Assembly (NCBI GenBank): GCA_965603825.1
Contig: CBFDEM010000002.1
Span: 496,001-560,000, forward strand
Direction: 5' to 3'
DNA: 64,000 nt
Source of the DNA: Blepharisma stoltei ATCC 30299
Lineage: Eukaryota > Protista > Ciliophora
Part shown: positions 23,042 through 35,908 of the stretch, one piece after another
How positions within the stretch are numbered: position 1 is the stretch's first letter
Layout: every line of letters begins with the position of its first letter
Program-made: the position numbers and the translations under genes
Notes under the pieces: generated by a model
What the model was told of the DNA's origin: nothing
Database searches by the model: none
What the model saw: only the letters and a program-made list of their open reading frames with translations

Positions 23042-24865
23042 ATGAAACCTTCTCTATTGTCTGAATGTAAGAAGACTAAAAACCCTTGCTTCTTTGGTTT
23101 GAACTCATTTAATTTAGGGCTAAACTCTCATTCAGAAAAATCTCAAGGCATTCAAAGCGGAGAAGCATCAAATGATTTTCAGTTCACTAGAGACCCAGGT
23201 CCAGATATTTATTTTCATTTAAGTACTCATTATAGCCCATTACCTGTCAATATAAGAATCCCAGAAACTTTAATCAGAGCCCCAGGGCTATCAAGTCCTG
23301 TATTTTTATATTGAGAAAATCAATCAGTCCAGGCATATCAGAAAAAAGAGTAAAATTTATGCAGCGCATTTTCAACATTTATTGCTACCACTGAAAAATT
23401 CATAGACAATAGCTCCTTATTTCCTAGCTATATTCATTCCAACGGGAAAAGTAAGGTAACTCTCTGTAAAAACTCAAAACACGCAATAAGAATTTGAGCG
23501 GAGTGCAAAGACGACTATCAGATATTGCAGAGATATGTAGCACCTAAAGCAAATCAAGTAGAAAAACTAAGAGTTTATTGATATTATTCAGAGCCTACGA
23601 AATTCTATTTAATAAGAAATAAAGCATCAGCTATTAATTTAGGGAAAAGTTCAACACTAGCTACAAAGATTCCTATGGTGAATAGCAGCTATATGTACCA
23701 AACAAAAGACTATGCATTTGCAGGGAGGATTCTAAAAACTTCTTTTAGTCCTTCCTTTCCTTTCAGACCTAAATTAAGCAAATCAATTTCTCCAGTATCA
23801 AAGAGCTCATCTAAGATCTTAAATATATCATCTTATTATATTCCCTTGCAAAACGGCCCTGGAAATTCTTCCCCTACACACTCCCAAAATACTTCAAAAA
23901 TAATAAATTCTTCAACACTTGACCTTAGCTCCAAGCCCAAAGAATTTGAAAAAGATCTCTATATAGTAAAAAGCCGAAAAGGAGGAATTAATGTAGAAGT
24001 TGTAGTGATAGAAAATGAAAATGAAGTAGAAAAAATGATGAATTTTATGGTCGGATATTTGGAAAATTGCATAATAATGCCGGAGAACACAAAAATTGTT
24101 GAGCTAATTGCAGATTTTATGCAGGATAGAAATGACGATTGATTTTTATTACGCTGTAAAGCACACAAAATTGATTATATTCATTCAGGTAACCGTGCGA
24201 AATATAAAAATAAAAGACTATCTGGAGTTTTGCGGTCACTTAATAGTGCTAAATTGTTAGCTGAAGCTTTACAAATTCATGAAGAAAATCGCAGAAAAAA
24301 CGTCAATTCGATGATGAATTCTTTAAAAAGAAGACTTGACTCACTTATCCAGCAGAATTCAAAAATCCCAAAAAATTATGCATATTATAGCCCTAAAGAA
24401 TCTGTTCAGGAAACCAGAAATATTTATTTAGCTGAGAGGAGAGCATCTAGACACGGTACAGTCCCAATATTAATGATTGGAACAGATGACGATCTTCCTG
24501 TAGACGACATCAATTCCTCCTTATTTTCCCCTATGCTAAAATCATATAAAAAATCTAAAAAGGCTCAAACCAAAAGCGAACCCTTTTCACAGGTAAATGA
24601 ACTCATTGAAAAAATTTCAGAAGAAAGCTTAAGATACTCAGATCTAATTGGGATTGATAAAATCACGATAAAAGAAATCGTAGCAAGCTGCGTTTATTCT
24701 ACTATTAATATTGCAAGTAGTGAAGTTAGAAATGTTTCATTACAGTCTAAAAGAAGATTATTAAAAATTTTTGAAAGCAACTTGGTGTTACTAGGAGCAG
24801 ATAAAGAGGAATATTTACTTTATATAGAAAATTTTAAGCGATTGTTGGAAATTCCAGATGATTAA
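23042..24865 (+). CDS. Hypothetical protein (1 intron, 4 TGA-Trp)
   Basis: Three track ORFs form one frame after TGA=Trp and removal of intron 23350-23364. Confidence 0.78.
23350..23364 (+). other. 15-nt intron gtaaaatttatgcag
   Basis: Removes an in-frame TAA; the frame then stays open to 24865. Confidence 0.85.
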
Positions 24866-25035
24866 TAAATTAATGTGTAATAAATTTATTTATTTTAAAA
24901 ACTGAGCTATCAGCAACCTTTGATGGGTATTTACTCTAGAGTTTTTGTATGATTAAGGGATTTCCATTTATTATTTAATTTTTTTTAAAAAATACATAGC
25001 TTCATTAATGGTCCTCTCCTATTAATAACAATAAA

Positions 25036-26518
25036 ATGCAAAAAAATGGGTCAACGTAATTTTCACATAGTTTAATAATCAAATCGCTCACCTGGGCTCG
25101 TGATTCCCATGCCTTATTTGATTATGAAGCTCGTGAAGTCTCCAAAGCAACTCTAAAAACAGGCCACGACAGCTATTTATTCAGAACTGGTGAAAATGTG
25201 ATGATTTCTTACGATCCTTCTGATCTCTCCAATCCGGGATCTAGATATCTATGCAAAATTCAAATAATTGATGGTAAATTCTATTTTAGGGTTTTTCACA
25301 GTTGCTGTGGTTGATTCAATAGACGGAAATGCACTTACCCGAAATGAATTTGAAAAAATTTGGCTTTGCGTTCGCAGTCTTCAGCCAAGCGGAGGAATTA
25401 AAGGTTACAAATTGTGCGAAGGTGACGTTATCAGACTTGGAAGAGTAAAATACCGTGTTAAAGAGCTTAAAGGTGGCACAGGGTCTAAAAAAGGACCCCA
25501 ATTCAGCTTAAGTGATGCGCTTTTAGGGCTCAATGTAGAAGAAAATTCTGAAGAATCTGACGGAATCGCTTACAAACTCCCTTGCAGAGTATGCTTAAGC
25601 GAAGTCTATACACCAAACAACCCATTAATATCGCCTTGCAAGTGCGATGGAACTATGAAATATATTCATTTGAAATGCTTACAACAGTGCTTGCGCTCTA
25701 AATTAGCAACAAAATCTAGTGACCACATCATTTCACTATCATGGAAAAAATTATGCTGCGAGCTCTGTATGAAGCCTTATCCTTATAAGCTTGCAGTTGG
25801 AAAAGAAATTGTGGAATTAATTGAAATTCCGAAGCCGCCAAATCAGTATGTAATTTTGGAATCATTAAAAAAAGACAAAAATTCAAGTAAAGGCTTACAT
25901 GTTGTAAGCTTATATAATAACAATTCTATAAAGATAGGAAGAGCCCATGATTGTGATTTGAGGATTTCTGATATATCAGCATCAAGGCTTCATGCAATTT
26001 TGAAATATCATGATAGAGGATTTTACATAGAAGACCAAGGCAGCAAATTCGGCACATTAATTCAAGTAAAAAGACCAATTGCATTAGAAACTAATGACTT
26101 ATTATCAATACAATGTGGGAGATCTATGCTAACTTTTACTACTAAAAAGCCATGAAATCTTATCCCAGCCTGCTTCCGGTCAAGCGCATCACCATTTGAG
26201 TTATTCAATTCTCCTATTTCTCCGGGAAAAATCCCTTTATTGCCTATAAATACAGGGATTCCTCTCAGTATAAACGATCCTCAAGATTTATTATCAATTG
26301 CAGGAGCCAGACCAGTCAGACCTGAGCAATATAAAGAGCACAATAATTTATTATTCCAACATTATCAGCTAGGACTTAACAGCTCTTGTGAAGACGAGCA
26401 GGGCGATGAACAATCAATTGAGGAAGTAGAAATCGCTGAACTGCCTGATGATTTGCTTGATATCCCAATGAACCCTTCATGCGCTGCAGGCGATAAGTTG
26501 AATAAGTCATTTTCATAA
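25036..26518 (+). CDS. FHA + RING-CH (C3HC4 variant) protein, alveolate type
   Basis: TWARDSHALFDYE, CRVC...SPCKCDGTMKYIHLKCL...CELC, FHA motif GRAHDCD..SRLHA..SKFGT. Introns 25056-25070 and 25274-25289, TGA at 26153. Confidence 0.9.
25056..25070 (+). other. 15-nt intron gtaattttcacatag
   Basis: Links ATG 25036 to the conserved TWxRDSH motif. Confidence 0.85.
25274..25289 (+). other. 16-nt intron gtaaattctattttag
   Basis: Accounts exactly for the +1 frame change between the flanking exons. Confidence 0.85.
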
Positions 26519-26586
26519 TATAATAATTTATAAATAAATAGTTATCTCAGATTTTGATTATGCAAGTTATTTAATTAGTCAAGGCT

Positions 26587-27885
26587 TTAACTAAATTCAA
26601 AAATAATTGGTTGCGCATGAGGGAAATTTATTTCCTCTTTTTCTGAATTTCCAAAATATTCACCTCATATCACCATTGCTAAATGGCTAATTTTTGTGTT
26701 TTCTGCATATTGTAGAGCCTCCAAATCTTGTAGGCAGTCAGTATCTCCAAAATATTGTGCAACTTGATTTTTTCCTTCTTGAGATGTTTCTGATTCTTCT
26801 CTACCGGCTTGTAGAAGCAGTGCTGAAATGTCAAGAATTTTTAACAAAAAATTTGGGCTATTATTTTCATCCAAAGCTTCAGGAATTTCCAAAAATATTC
26901 CGAGCTTGATTAAGCTTAATTTTTGGTTATTATTAGCTGATCTCAGCATTTCTCTCACCATCTTAGCTGCTTCGTTTTTCACTTCATGCGATTTATCATT
27001 TAACCCTCTAATTGTTTCATAAGCAATTTGGTGGCATAAAAATCTATCAATTTGTTTTTCCATTTGTCCACGGAAGCCAGAAACAACATTCCTTAAGGTT
27101 CTATATAAGTAATATTTTATCTTACAGTTCTGACTTTCAAATAAAGGTAAAAACTCATCCAAAATATTTAAGTCAAGCAAATCTTGCACCATATCAATGC
27201 TTATAGCCAGGAAATTACTAATAATTTTGATAGCATATATTACTGATTTTTCTGATGAGCTTTTTAAGGTTTTTACTATAAATTCAACGAGATTGTAGTT
27301 ATTATCTAAAATAATCTCAATTCCGTCAATTCCTATGATGCTTATTTGGTAAATTGTGCAAATACAATCCTCTCTAACTGTATTATCTTCATATTTTTTA
27401 TTTCTATTTACCCACTCGAGGATTTTTTTTAAATCTTCTAAATCGCATGAAGCGGCACAAAAAGCCAAGTTAAAGCCTAAATACGCAATTGATTTCATAA
27501 ACTCTAAATTAATTTCAGATACTCCTTGAAGGCAGTTTGAAACTGTATCAATAACTCTAGCTTTAAGGATATCGGAGATATTCTTTTCTTCAGATGCTAT
27601 TATCGCTATAGCGTTTATAGATTCAGTAGAGTTTGATAAACTGTTTGGGCTGATTTTTCTGAGTAAGGAAGGAAGATCTTGAAGTGTGAAGTTTTGATCT
27701 TCGGCACTTTTTGCTGAAGCGGCACCTGCAATGCTTCTCTTTTTCTTAGCGTTTTCAAGTCTTCGAGACTTTCTAAGCTCGATCCCATAGTTTTCAAACC
27801 TTTGCTTTGTTTCTCCGAAAAAATCAACTTGCTGAAAGCAAGATTGGCGATCCTTAAATCTGTCTATTCTATCTATTAATTCCAT
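26587..27885 (-). CDS. Divergent importin-alpha-like ARM protein
   Basis: IBB-like IELRKSRRLENAKKKR, ARM-like helices, C-terminal LEALQYAEN..I-W-GEYFG...FEF. TGA at 26665. Confidence 0.75.
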
Positions 27886-28052
27886 TCTCGCTAATTATTT
27901 TTATTTGATATTAAGATACACATTTTTAAATAACCGAATTTTATAGCGAAGCTCGCTGATAAATACTATATGCTAACCAAGTTAAAATTAATTTAATCTT
28001 TCGAAAAAAATCATTTCTAACGATTTCTAATTATTTTTGTACAAATTTCAAC

Positions 28053-29066
28053 ATGTCCCAAATCTCAAACCAAGAAGTGGCTTTAGCTCTTAGCAAGCTT
28101 AGCTCCCTGCTCGTTAAAGAAGGTGTAGTACGTCACAAACATGAAGAAGAAGCCTTAATGGTAGCTATGGAAAGTGTTGCTCACAAGTTAGCCATAACTG
28201 AGTCTCCAAAATCCCAGCCTTTAGCTTCAACACAATCCAAAGCAATTTCTTCCAAAGAATTTGTACAAAATACATTTTCAAGGATGAATGCAAAATATAC
28301 ACAATCACAAAATAAACTAGAAGAGCAAAGACACACAAAATATATCGAAGAAATTTCATGTCTCCAAGATAGGCCCAATATAAATCCCTTATCAAAGAAA
28401 CTTGTATGATCTATTTAGTACTATTCTAGAAGTCCACCGATATATGATCGGGTTGAAGATGTGATTTCACAGAAAAAAGAATACATGCAACAGCTGCAAG
28501 AAGACGCAGGTAAAAAGAAAAAAGCAATTGAAGATAGAGAATGCACTTTTCAGCCTGAGAAAAAGCATCGGTCCCGAAGGTCTTCAAGAGAATTTACAGA
28601 GCAATGCTATTCATGAAATAAAAGGCGTGAAGAAGAATTAGAAAAAGAGCACAAACTAGCTGAAGATTTAAAAGTTGCCGAAGTAAAACAAAAACCGACA
28701 TTAAATCCGAAATCCCAAAAACTAGCAGAACAAAGGGCAAAAACGCCAATTCTGGAAAGGCTACAGGAAAGAGGAAGAACTGAGAAGCCCCCACAACCTA
28801 CATTTAGGCCAGCCATTAATGAGAGATCAGCTGGTTTAAAATTAGGAAATGTCACTGAAAGACTTTATGGGTCTCGCCACTCTTCTGTGACTGATGAATC
28901 CCCTAGACGGAACTCAGGATCTCCTAAAAAAAGTATTGAAAAAGTTTCATTCAGTTTAGGAAATTCGTATAAAATCAACGTCAACAAAGGTGCATCCACT
29001 GATAGAGAAGTCAATGAAATCAGATATACTGCAGGGCTTGAATTTTTGATGAGGACTATTAGATAG
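28053..29066 (+). CDS. Hypothetical protein with ECTFQP/PTFRPAIN repeats
   Basis: Joined through intron 28404-28418 and one TGA; TAG at 29064. Confidence 0.78.
28404..28418 (+). other. 15-nt intron gtatgatctatttag
   Basis: Contains an in-frame TAG; removal restores the ORF. Confidence 0.85.
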
Positions 29067-29156
29067 TGTATAATTAAAATCATATATATTTAATAATTCT
29101 ACACAATGCAATATATTTTATATGTAAGCTTTATACAAAATTCTAAATAAAGATAT

Positions 29157-31241
29157 TTAAACTCTATGAACAGCTCCATCAGTTTTCCATAATCTCAAGC
29201 CTTCAATTGAAGCCATTAAACAAGGGTATTTATGTGAATTTAGCTCAACAGCTAGAGAATGTAGCTGTTTAAACCCGCACTCACTACACATTTCAGCCAA
29301 CACTACTTCTAGCCAAGGAGGTAAAGTTTTCATGTCTACTTCATATTCATTGGCATTTAGCTGTTTTAACACTTCTATTATACATATGAGCACTGCTTTA
29401 GGATTTCCTGAGCGGATATAAATTTTCATTAGTCTATATCATCCAAAAATGGAAAATCCTGAGTCCACTGCATATCTATAAGCCCTTTCTGCTAATTTTG
29501 GCCTTCTTAATCTTTCTGCCAATGCTCCTCTTCTGACCCAAATTTCGCCTCCATAAGGCACTTTTGTTTCTAAATATATTTTACTTTTATTCGCATCTTG
29601 TTGTATATCAATTTCAGTAGCTTGTTTCTGCCACTCATACACAGTTTTTAAATCTGCAATCAAGCATTTAAAAAGTCCATCTAGATTTTTCGATAAATTT
29701 CTGAATGAAGGATGCATTAAATGGCTTAGACGATGATCTGTAGGTGTTGAGAAAAAGTAATCCCTTGGCGTTATATCAGGTGTTGGCTCTCTTACTTCTT
29801 CAATATCCTGTCCTTGAGAATCTACAGCAATAGATTCAGAGTTATAAAAGGAAAAATGTTTTTTTATTGTGGATTGGTTGACGCTTTCATTCATACTGAA
29901 TTCTTGGCTCATTTCTAGTCTAATTTCTTCTTCGTTAATCGCCTCTTCTTGGTTCTGGATGAACAGTCTATTCTTTAATTTTTGTAAGTTTTCTCATTCC
30001 ATAGACTTTTCAAGGTTCACAATGATTTTGTACATCTTTTTGCCACAGTGGTTTAATTTAGTAGAAGGCAAGAAACACAATGTTTTAAGGATTTCTTGAT
30101 CACTTTTAGATCTTGATTTTTCTTGGAAAGGTCGGTAATCATATTGTGTAGGCTTCATTCATATATTTCCTGCAAAGCTTATAGGGATTTTGTTAGGTAT
30201 ATCAATATCTTCTTCTCTGAAGATATATTTTGTATCATCAATCATAGATTCATAGGCAGGAAAGCAATTTAATGCCAGCAAAACGTTTGCATATTTTTTT
30301 TCTTTTAAGTAGCATCATGCCAATAATTCCCAAAAACAAAAAGTTTCTAAATTCAGCTCGATCAAATACTGGCAAATCCTTCTAGCTTGCAAAAAATCAT
30401 TTTGCCGATAAAATGCTAAAGCTTGTGTATAATATAAAGAAAATGAGTAAGGTGAAATAGTCAATTGCATAGCTGTAGAATCAATAGCTTCTTGACTATT
30501 CCCTAATAGTATATTAGCTTTTCCAAGATAATTCAGCATAAGTGGGTCAACAGTTGACAGTTTTTTGAAAATTGCTGTATGGGTTAGAAACCTTTTTCGC
30601 TTTAACAGAAATTTGCTGGTCATAGCAAATAAGAGGTTCTCACCATATTGAGCTTTGTCATTCAAATCTCCTAATACAAATCCTAGTCTATCTCAAAAGG
30701 TTGCAGCTGCATCAATGAACTCCTGCATTTGAGAAGGCTGAGATGGACCTTCCAACAGCCTTGCTCCTAAAATAGGCTCAGCATAAAAATATCTTAGCGT
30801 TGAACTAACGTAACTGCCTTGCCAATGAATATTCCCAGCTTGTATTCTATTGCTGCTCCCGTTGACTAGATAATGCTTATACTCATAATTCTGATTAATT
30901 TCTATTCTGAAGTCAAATTTTGAAAATAAATCAAAAATACAAAAATAAGCTACCACAACCTTCCCTTTATTTTTATGCTTAGATAGCATATAACTTTTTA
31001 AGTATTCAATGGCGCCAATAGGTGAGCTCAAATTCAATCCATATATAAAGTGAAAGTAGCCTCTATTCATAGGTCTTGATAAAAACTTTTTAAGCCCAGT
31101 TTGCTTTATTTCCCATACAACATAAAACAAATCTGGCGGGCCTAATCCTCTGGCTTCTTTTAAATTTCCATTCCTCAAATCCAAAAAGTTTCCCACCCCT
31201 GGTGAGTCGTTGATTTCTACTATATTTGTGCCAGATTCCAT
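29157..31241 (-). CDS. ChAP-family (Chs6/Bch1/Bud7-like exomer adaptor) TPR protein
   Basis: GLGPPDL..GYFHFIYGLNLSS, YFCIFDLFSKFDFRIE, LLALNCFP, EIWVRRGALAERL. Four ORFs joined by TGA=Trp. Confidence 0.8.
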
Positions 31242-31274
31242 TTATCCCTTAAATTTATTCATATTTAGACATTT

Positions 31275-32783
31275 ATGCTTCGAGTTCTCATAAGACATCA
31301 TCGAGTCGTCAAGCCACGCAGAGAACCCACAGTTTTTGACTTAGAATTTCACAAATGGAAGGAAGACATGAAGCAATGTATAGATAAATATCGCAGAGAA
31401 TTTTGGGAAATACAAACTCAAGTAGAAAATGAGTGGATTGAACATTTTAATGAAAGATGGACCATCAAAAGAATAAAGCAAGACATTCACTGGAGAGAAA
31501 GTGTGATAAAAATATCAAAAAATACAAAGAAACTGCTGGATTACAGGGCAGAGAAGGAAAGGCAAAGACAATCTCACCAAAAGATGCTGGATGAAATTGA
31601 AGCCAATGAAAATGCAAGAAAGTCATTGTACATCAGTGCTTTGAATTATGAAAGCCAGTTTTGGATCACTAAGGAGAATATGGATGAAAGGATTAGAGAG
31701 CAGCTCATTGTGCCTCATAATCTTGATTTTACCGAGTATTACACTCGACTGAGATACCACAGCCTTCAAATGGATGACGGAATAAGTGCATCCAAGTTTG
31801 ACAACTTCAATAACCGTGAAGAAACTTTCAAAAGAAACCAACTTTTGCATCCTTTTTACGTCGAGCTTAAAAGCTGCATTAAGCACTTAACATACACTCC
31901 AGAGCATCAGCTTCAACAAGACTACGAAGGCATGAAATCCCGCTTATACACTCAGCCAGAAAAGATTAAACTATTACGTGAAAAGTATATACAAATTGTC
32001 AAAGCTTCTCGAGCTCTCGATCAAATGGATGACATTTTCTTAATCAGGACCCACAAACAATTAGGATTATTAAAAAAAATGCTTGGGTTTTGGGATCAAT
32101 ATATTTCCATAGTAAAATTAGACGAAATTCAAATGATGTCTTATGTGGCAAGCTTAGATGGCAGCAACCAAGAGATTGAAGAAAAAGTGTTTGAAGAAGA
32201 GATAAACGATTTCGAAGAAGATATGAAGCCGCCAAATCCTGAAAGTTCTGATTACTTTGAAGCACAAAATACGCCAAAGGAACAAATTTTGGAAATCATG
32301 CAAGCAAAAGAAGAATTGAAAAAGCCTGAATGGCAAATGGATGAACTGATTGAGGGAGATCAAAAAGGAACTGATATTGATATGTATGGGGAAGAAGCAT
32401 CATTTAAAAATGTAGAACCAAATGAATCAAAACAAACTTTAGATCAGCTGCTTAGAGAACTTAATCAAGAAATGAGCGCTAATGAGCTATTTAATATGGG
32501 ACAAGAAATACCTGACTTAAAAACATATCAAGAGCACGATGAGCTTGCTATTAAAGCAAATCAGCCAATTGCTCCAAAAATCTTCAATCCTTCTATATCT
32601 TTGTTAGGACTTCATGAAAGAATTTCCAAAATAAATGAATATAAACTAGATCTTCAAGGAAGATGGAGGAAATCAGAATGTCTGGGCTTGATTGAAAGTA
32701 TTAACAATACTCACATACAAGAACCTCACATGCTGTTGAAGGTATTTAGCCATCTTCAATATGATCCTCCTAAATTTGACTAA
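31275..32783 (+). CDS. Probable mitochondrial protein, mS26-like with acidic extension
   Basis: Basic presequence-like N-terminus; long helix ending FWITKENMDERIREQL, which resembles the mS26 motif. The family call is tentative. Confidence 0.6.
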   Translation: MLRVLIRHHRVVKPRREPTVFDLEFHKWKEDMKQCIDKYRREFWEIQTQVENEWIEHFNERWTIKRIKQDIHWRESVIKISKNTKKLLDYRAEKERQRQSHQKMLDEIEANENARKSLYISALNYESQFWITKENMDERIREQLIVPHNLDFTEYYTRLRYHSLQMDDGISASKFDNFNNREETFKRNQLLHPFYVELKSCIKHLTYTPEHQLQQDYEGMKSRLYTQPEKIKLLREKYIQIVKASRALDQMDDIFLIRTHKQLGLLKKMLGFWDQYISIVKLDEIQMMSYVASLDGSNQEIEEKVFEEEINDFEEDMKPPNPESSDYFEAQNTPKEQILEIMQAKEELKKPEWQMDELIEGDQKGTDIDMYGEEASFKNVEPNESKQTLDQLLRELNQEMSANELFNMGQEIPDLKTYQEHDELAIKANQPIAPKIFNPSISLLGLHERISKINEYKLDLQGRWRKSECLGLIESINNTHIQEPHMLLKVFSHLQYDPPKFD

Positions 32784-32812
32784 GCTAATAGAGTTAGATT
32801 AACGAAATAAAA

Positions 32813-33619
32813 ATGGAATTGAAGAAACCCCAAAAATCAGTTAAGCAGCTTAGAAGTATTAGCCATGCCGTGACCACAGTTCAATTATTACGAATTATTA
32901 ACCCATCAGCAGACTCCACAATAGATCTAAGTAGCATGGTAATTTTTATACAGAAGCAAATTATTGATCGTATCCCAAGTCCAGTGAAAAATCGAGTTAA
33001 AGAAATTTTCCAGAATTTCGTTTTCAAAAATCATTCGTTCACACTACCTACAGCTGAATTCTTAAAATTATATGACAAATCTATATCAAAAAAGCCAAGA
33101 TTAAAAGAAAATTCCAAAGCTCCTAAAACTGCGTATGAGAAATCCAATATTTCCTTTATTGAAAGTAATAGAAATTTATCAGAAAACCTCAATATTAGTA
33201 AAAGGGTCAGAAATTTGTCACATGAAAGAGAGTTTATTCGATATGGAACTGATTTTCAAGAAATTATACAGCAAAGTCCAGAAGTTAAAAGAAGTGTTTC
33301 TCAAGGCCGAAAAATCTTAAAAAAACCGATTAAAGAGACCCCGAAAAAGTCACCCAAAATTGTAAATGTGTCTTATTCTGATCTTCATAAGAAAAAAGCT
33401 TTGACTATCTGCAACACTCCTGAGCCTAAATCGAGAAAAATATCCTATTTAACTCAGTCATATGATCATAATATAAATAATGACGAAGGAAAATCTTTTA
33501 TTTTGGATATTACTCAAAGCTCAGGTGTTTTTAAAACGCTTTATACGAATATACAAGAATTGATTGAGATCAGAAAAGCTCATCTGAGCTTGAGTAAGCC
33601 AAAAAATAACGAAAATTAA
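32813..33619 (+). CDS. Hypothetical basic protein
   Basis: 268-aa ATG..TAA ORF. Confidence 0.75.
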   Translation: MELKKPQKSVKQLRSISHAVTTVQLLRIINPSADSTIDLSSMVIFIQKQIIDRIPSPVKNRVKEIFQNFVFKNHSFTLPTAEFLKLYDKSISKKPRLKENSKAPKTAYEKSNISFIESNRNLSENLNISKRVRNLSHEREFIRYGTDFQEIIQQSPEVKRSVSQGRKILKKPIKETPKKSPKIVNVSYSDLHKKKALTICNTPEPKSRKISYLTQSYDHNINNDEGKSFILDITQSSGVFKTLYTNIQELIEIRKAHLSLSKPKNNEN

Positions 33620-33685
33620 TAAGTGTATATTTATATTGCGGAAACTTTAATAAGGATAAGGTATTTCAAATAAAAAATTTTAAAA

Positions 33686-33988
33686 ATGAACTTAGAAAAT
33701 GCAAAAAGTTTAAAGCTTCCGAAAGTAAGAATTATTCAGGGTGATGAAATTATTAAAAAATTAAGCCAAGACAGAACTGAGAGGATCAAATCAAGAAAAA
33801 ATTCAATGAATAAAAGCATGGACCAAGACTCCACAAACTTTCCAAGTGTTTCTAATGGAGGCGATATTAGTGGAGTAAGGAATGAAGAACCTCCAAAAAA
33901 CCCCAAAAAAGATAAAACTCGATCATATGGCAAGTGATTTTTGTTTAGCCTATGCAAATGGAGCTGCATAGATGGAATTGGATCATAA
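33686..33988 (+). CDS. Small hypothetical protein
   Basis: ORF extends through TGA 33935 to TAA 33986. Confidence 0.6.
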
Positions 33989-34364
33989 TGAAAATTAAAA
34001 GAAGTTAATTTCGAGAAAGTCAAATAAGAACTTGCTTGCTTTTACTATAGAATATAAATTAAAAATATTTAAACAATTTTTATTATTCTGAAGAAGAAAA
34101 GATTTTATTTCATAAATCATAATAATTTAAACTAAATTTCCATATAAAAATGATCAAAATATTGGGTTACAATGATTCCAATTCAAACTTAAAAAGTTGT
34201 ATTTGCAGTGATAAAAAAATATTAAATCTTTTTATAAATTAATCATTATCCCACATATCACTTAGAAGTCTTTTTCATCTAAACAACTCTCCTGCTCTAA
34301 ACAATTTTTTCCTTATCTAAACTCCATTAACCTTATATCTGCTTTATAATTTAGGCCATATTTG

Positions 34365-35828
34365 ATGGGTTGCATCCAAGCGCCAGCACCAGGCTCTGAT
34401 TTTACTCTTCAGCCTGAAATTTCAACACCTCTGAACTCTGCAGAAAATAAAAAATTCAAATGCTCAAAGTTCGGAAAAGTTGCTGATACTTATTCTGTCC
34501 AAGAAAGAATAGAATCAGGATCATTCAGTACCGTGGTAAGAGCCGTTGATCAAGAAGGCAACGAAAGAGCAATAAGACTTATAAACAAATCAGTGATAGA
34601 CCCAAACTCCATCTATAAGTTTAACAACGCGCTAGAGATTCTTATGGAATTGGACCATATGAATATGGTCAAAGTTTTTGAAGTAATTGAAGACGAATTT
34701 ACTATCAATATAGTCACTGAGTTTTGCACTGGGAAAGACCTAATTGGAAAAATTGCTGACTGCAGTCCATTTTCCGAAAACCAAGCAGCTGTTATTATGT
34801 ACCAAGTGTTATCAGCGTTAATTTCTACCCATGAAGCTGGGATTATTCATTGGGATCTGCACCCTGAAAACCTAGTCTTCCTTGATAGCTCTGATGAAGC
34901 GCCTCTAAAAATCACTGAATTCGGTGTCTTCCAGTGGCTGAAATCAGTTCCTTCAATAACCGAAAATATTGACGTCACTTTTTATACAGCGCCAGAAGTA
35001 ATTGAAGGTAAATTTGACAATAAATGCGATATTTGGAGCTGTGGAGCTATGCTTTATACAATGCTAAGCGGAGAGCCACCTTTTACAGGCAGCAATAAAG
35101 ATGAAATCTTTGCAAGCATCAAGGAAGCGAATATTAAGCTTAAGGGATCAAGATGGTCAAAAATTTCCCAAGAAGCAAAAGATTTAATAAGAAAAATGCT
35201 CGTGCTTGACCCATCTGAAAGAATTACCGCACAAGAAGCATGGGAGGATACTTGGATTCAAGATAGAGCAAACGGTGTTATTGACGACAACGAAATCAGT
35301 TCAAGAGTAGTCAGAAAACTCGTTGAATTCAAAGTAAATTTTATATAGGCAAAAAACAAACTTCAACAAGCTACTATGGCATTTATTTCCAGCTATTTAT
35401 TACCTTCTCAAGACCTAGCCGATCTTAAAAAACAATTCGAGTCTCTCGATGTAAATCATGATGGAAAATTGAGCCAAGATGAACTCAGAAGGGGCTTTGA
35501 AAAATTCCCTAATTTGGCTGGAATTAACATTTCCGAGGTCTTTAAGAACTGCGATTTAGATGCAAATGGGTTTGTAAGCTACCAGGAATTCATTGACGCA
35601 ACGCTAAATTGGCAAAAAGAGTTGACACAAGAGAGACTTGAAGCGACATTTAAAGCTATAGATAAAGATAACAGTGGAACATTGACAGCTGATGAAGTCA
35701 AAGCGTTTATTGGGGATGGAGCTGACGATAGAGAGTGGAAAAGGATTTTGAAAGATGCTGATCTTAATGGAGATGGAGTTTTGGACCTTGATGAGTTTAA
35801 GGGAGCTATGGTTAGATTAATGTCCTAA
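34365..35828 (+). CDS. CDPK-like pseudokinase with 4 EF-hands
   Basis: Kinase fold, junction and 4 EF-hands. Intron 35334-35348. Catalytic motifs altered (AIR, HWDLHPEN, EFG). Confidence 0.9.
35334..35348 (+). other. 15-nt intron gtaaattttatatag
   Basis: Removal gives VEFK-AKNKLQQATM, colinear with the intronless paralogue VQFR-TRNKLQQATM. Confidence 0.93.
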
Positions 35829-35908
35829 GGATAAGACTTATTTAATCAGTTGAAAACGGATAGATATCTAAACTTTGTATATTTTATATAGCGAGTAATA
35901 CAAATATA

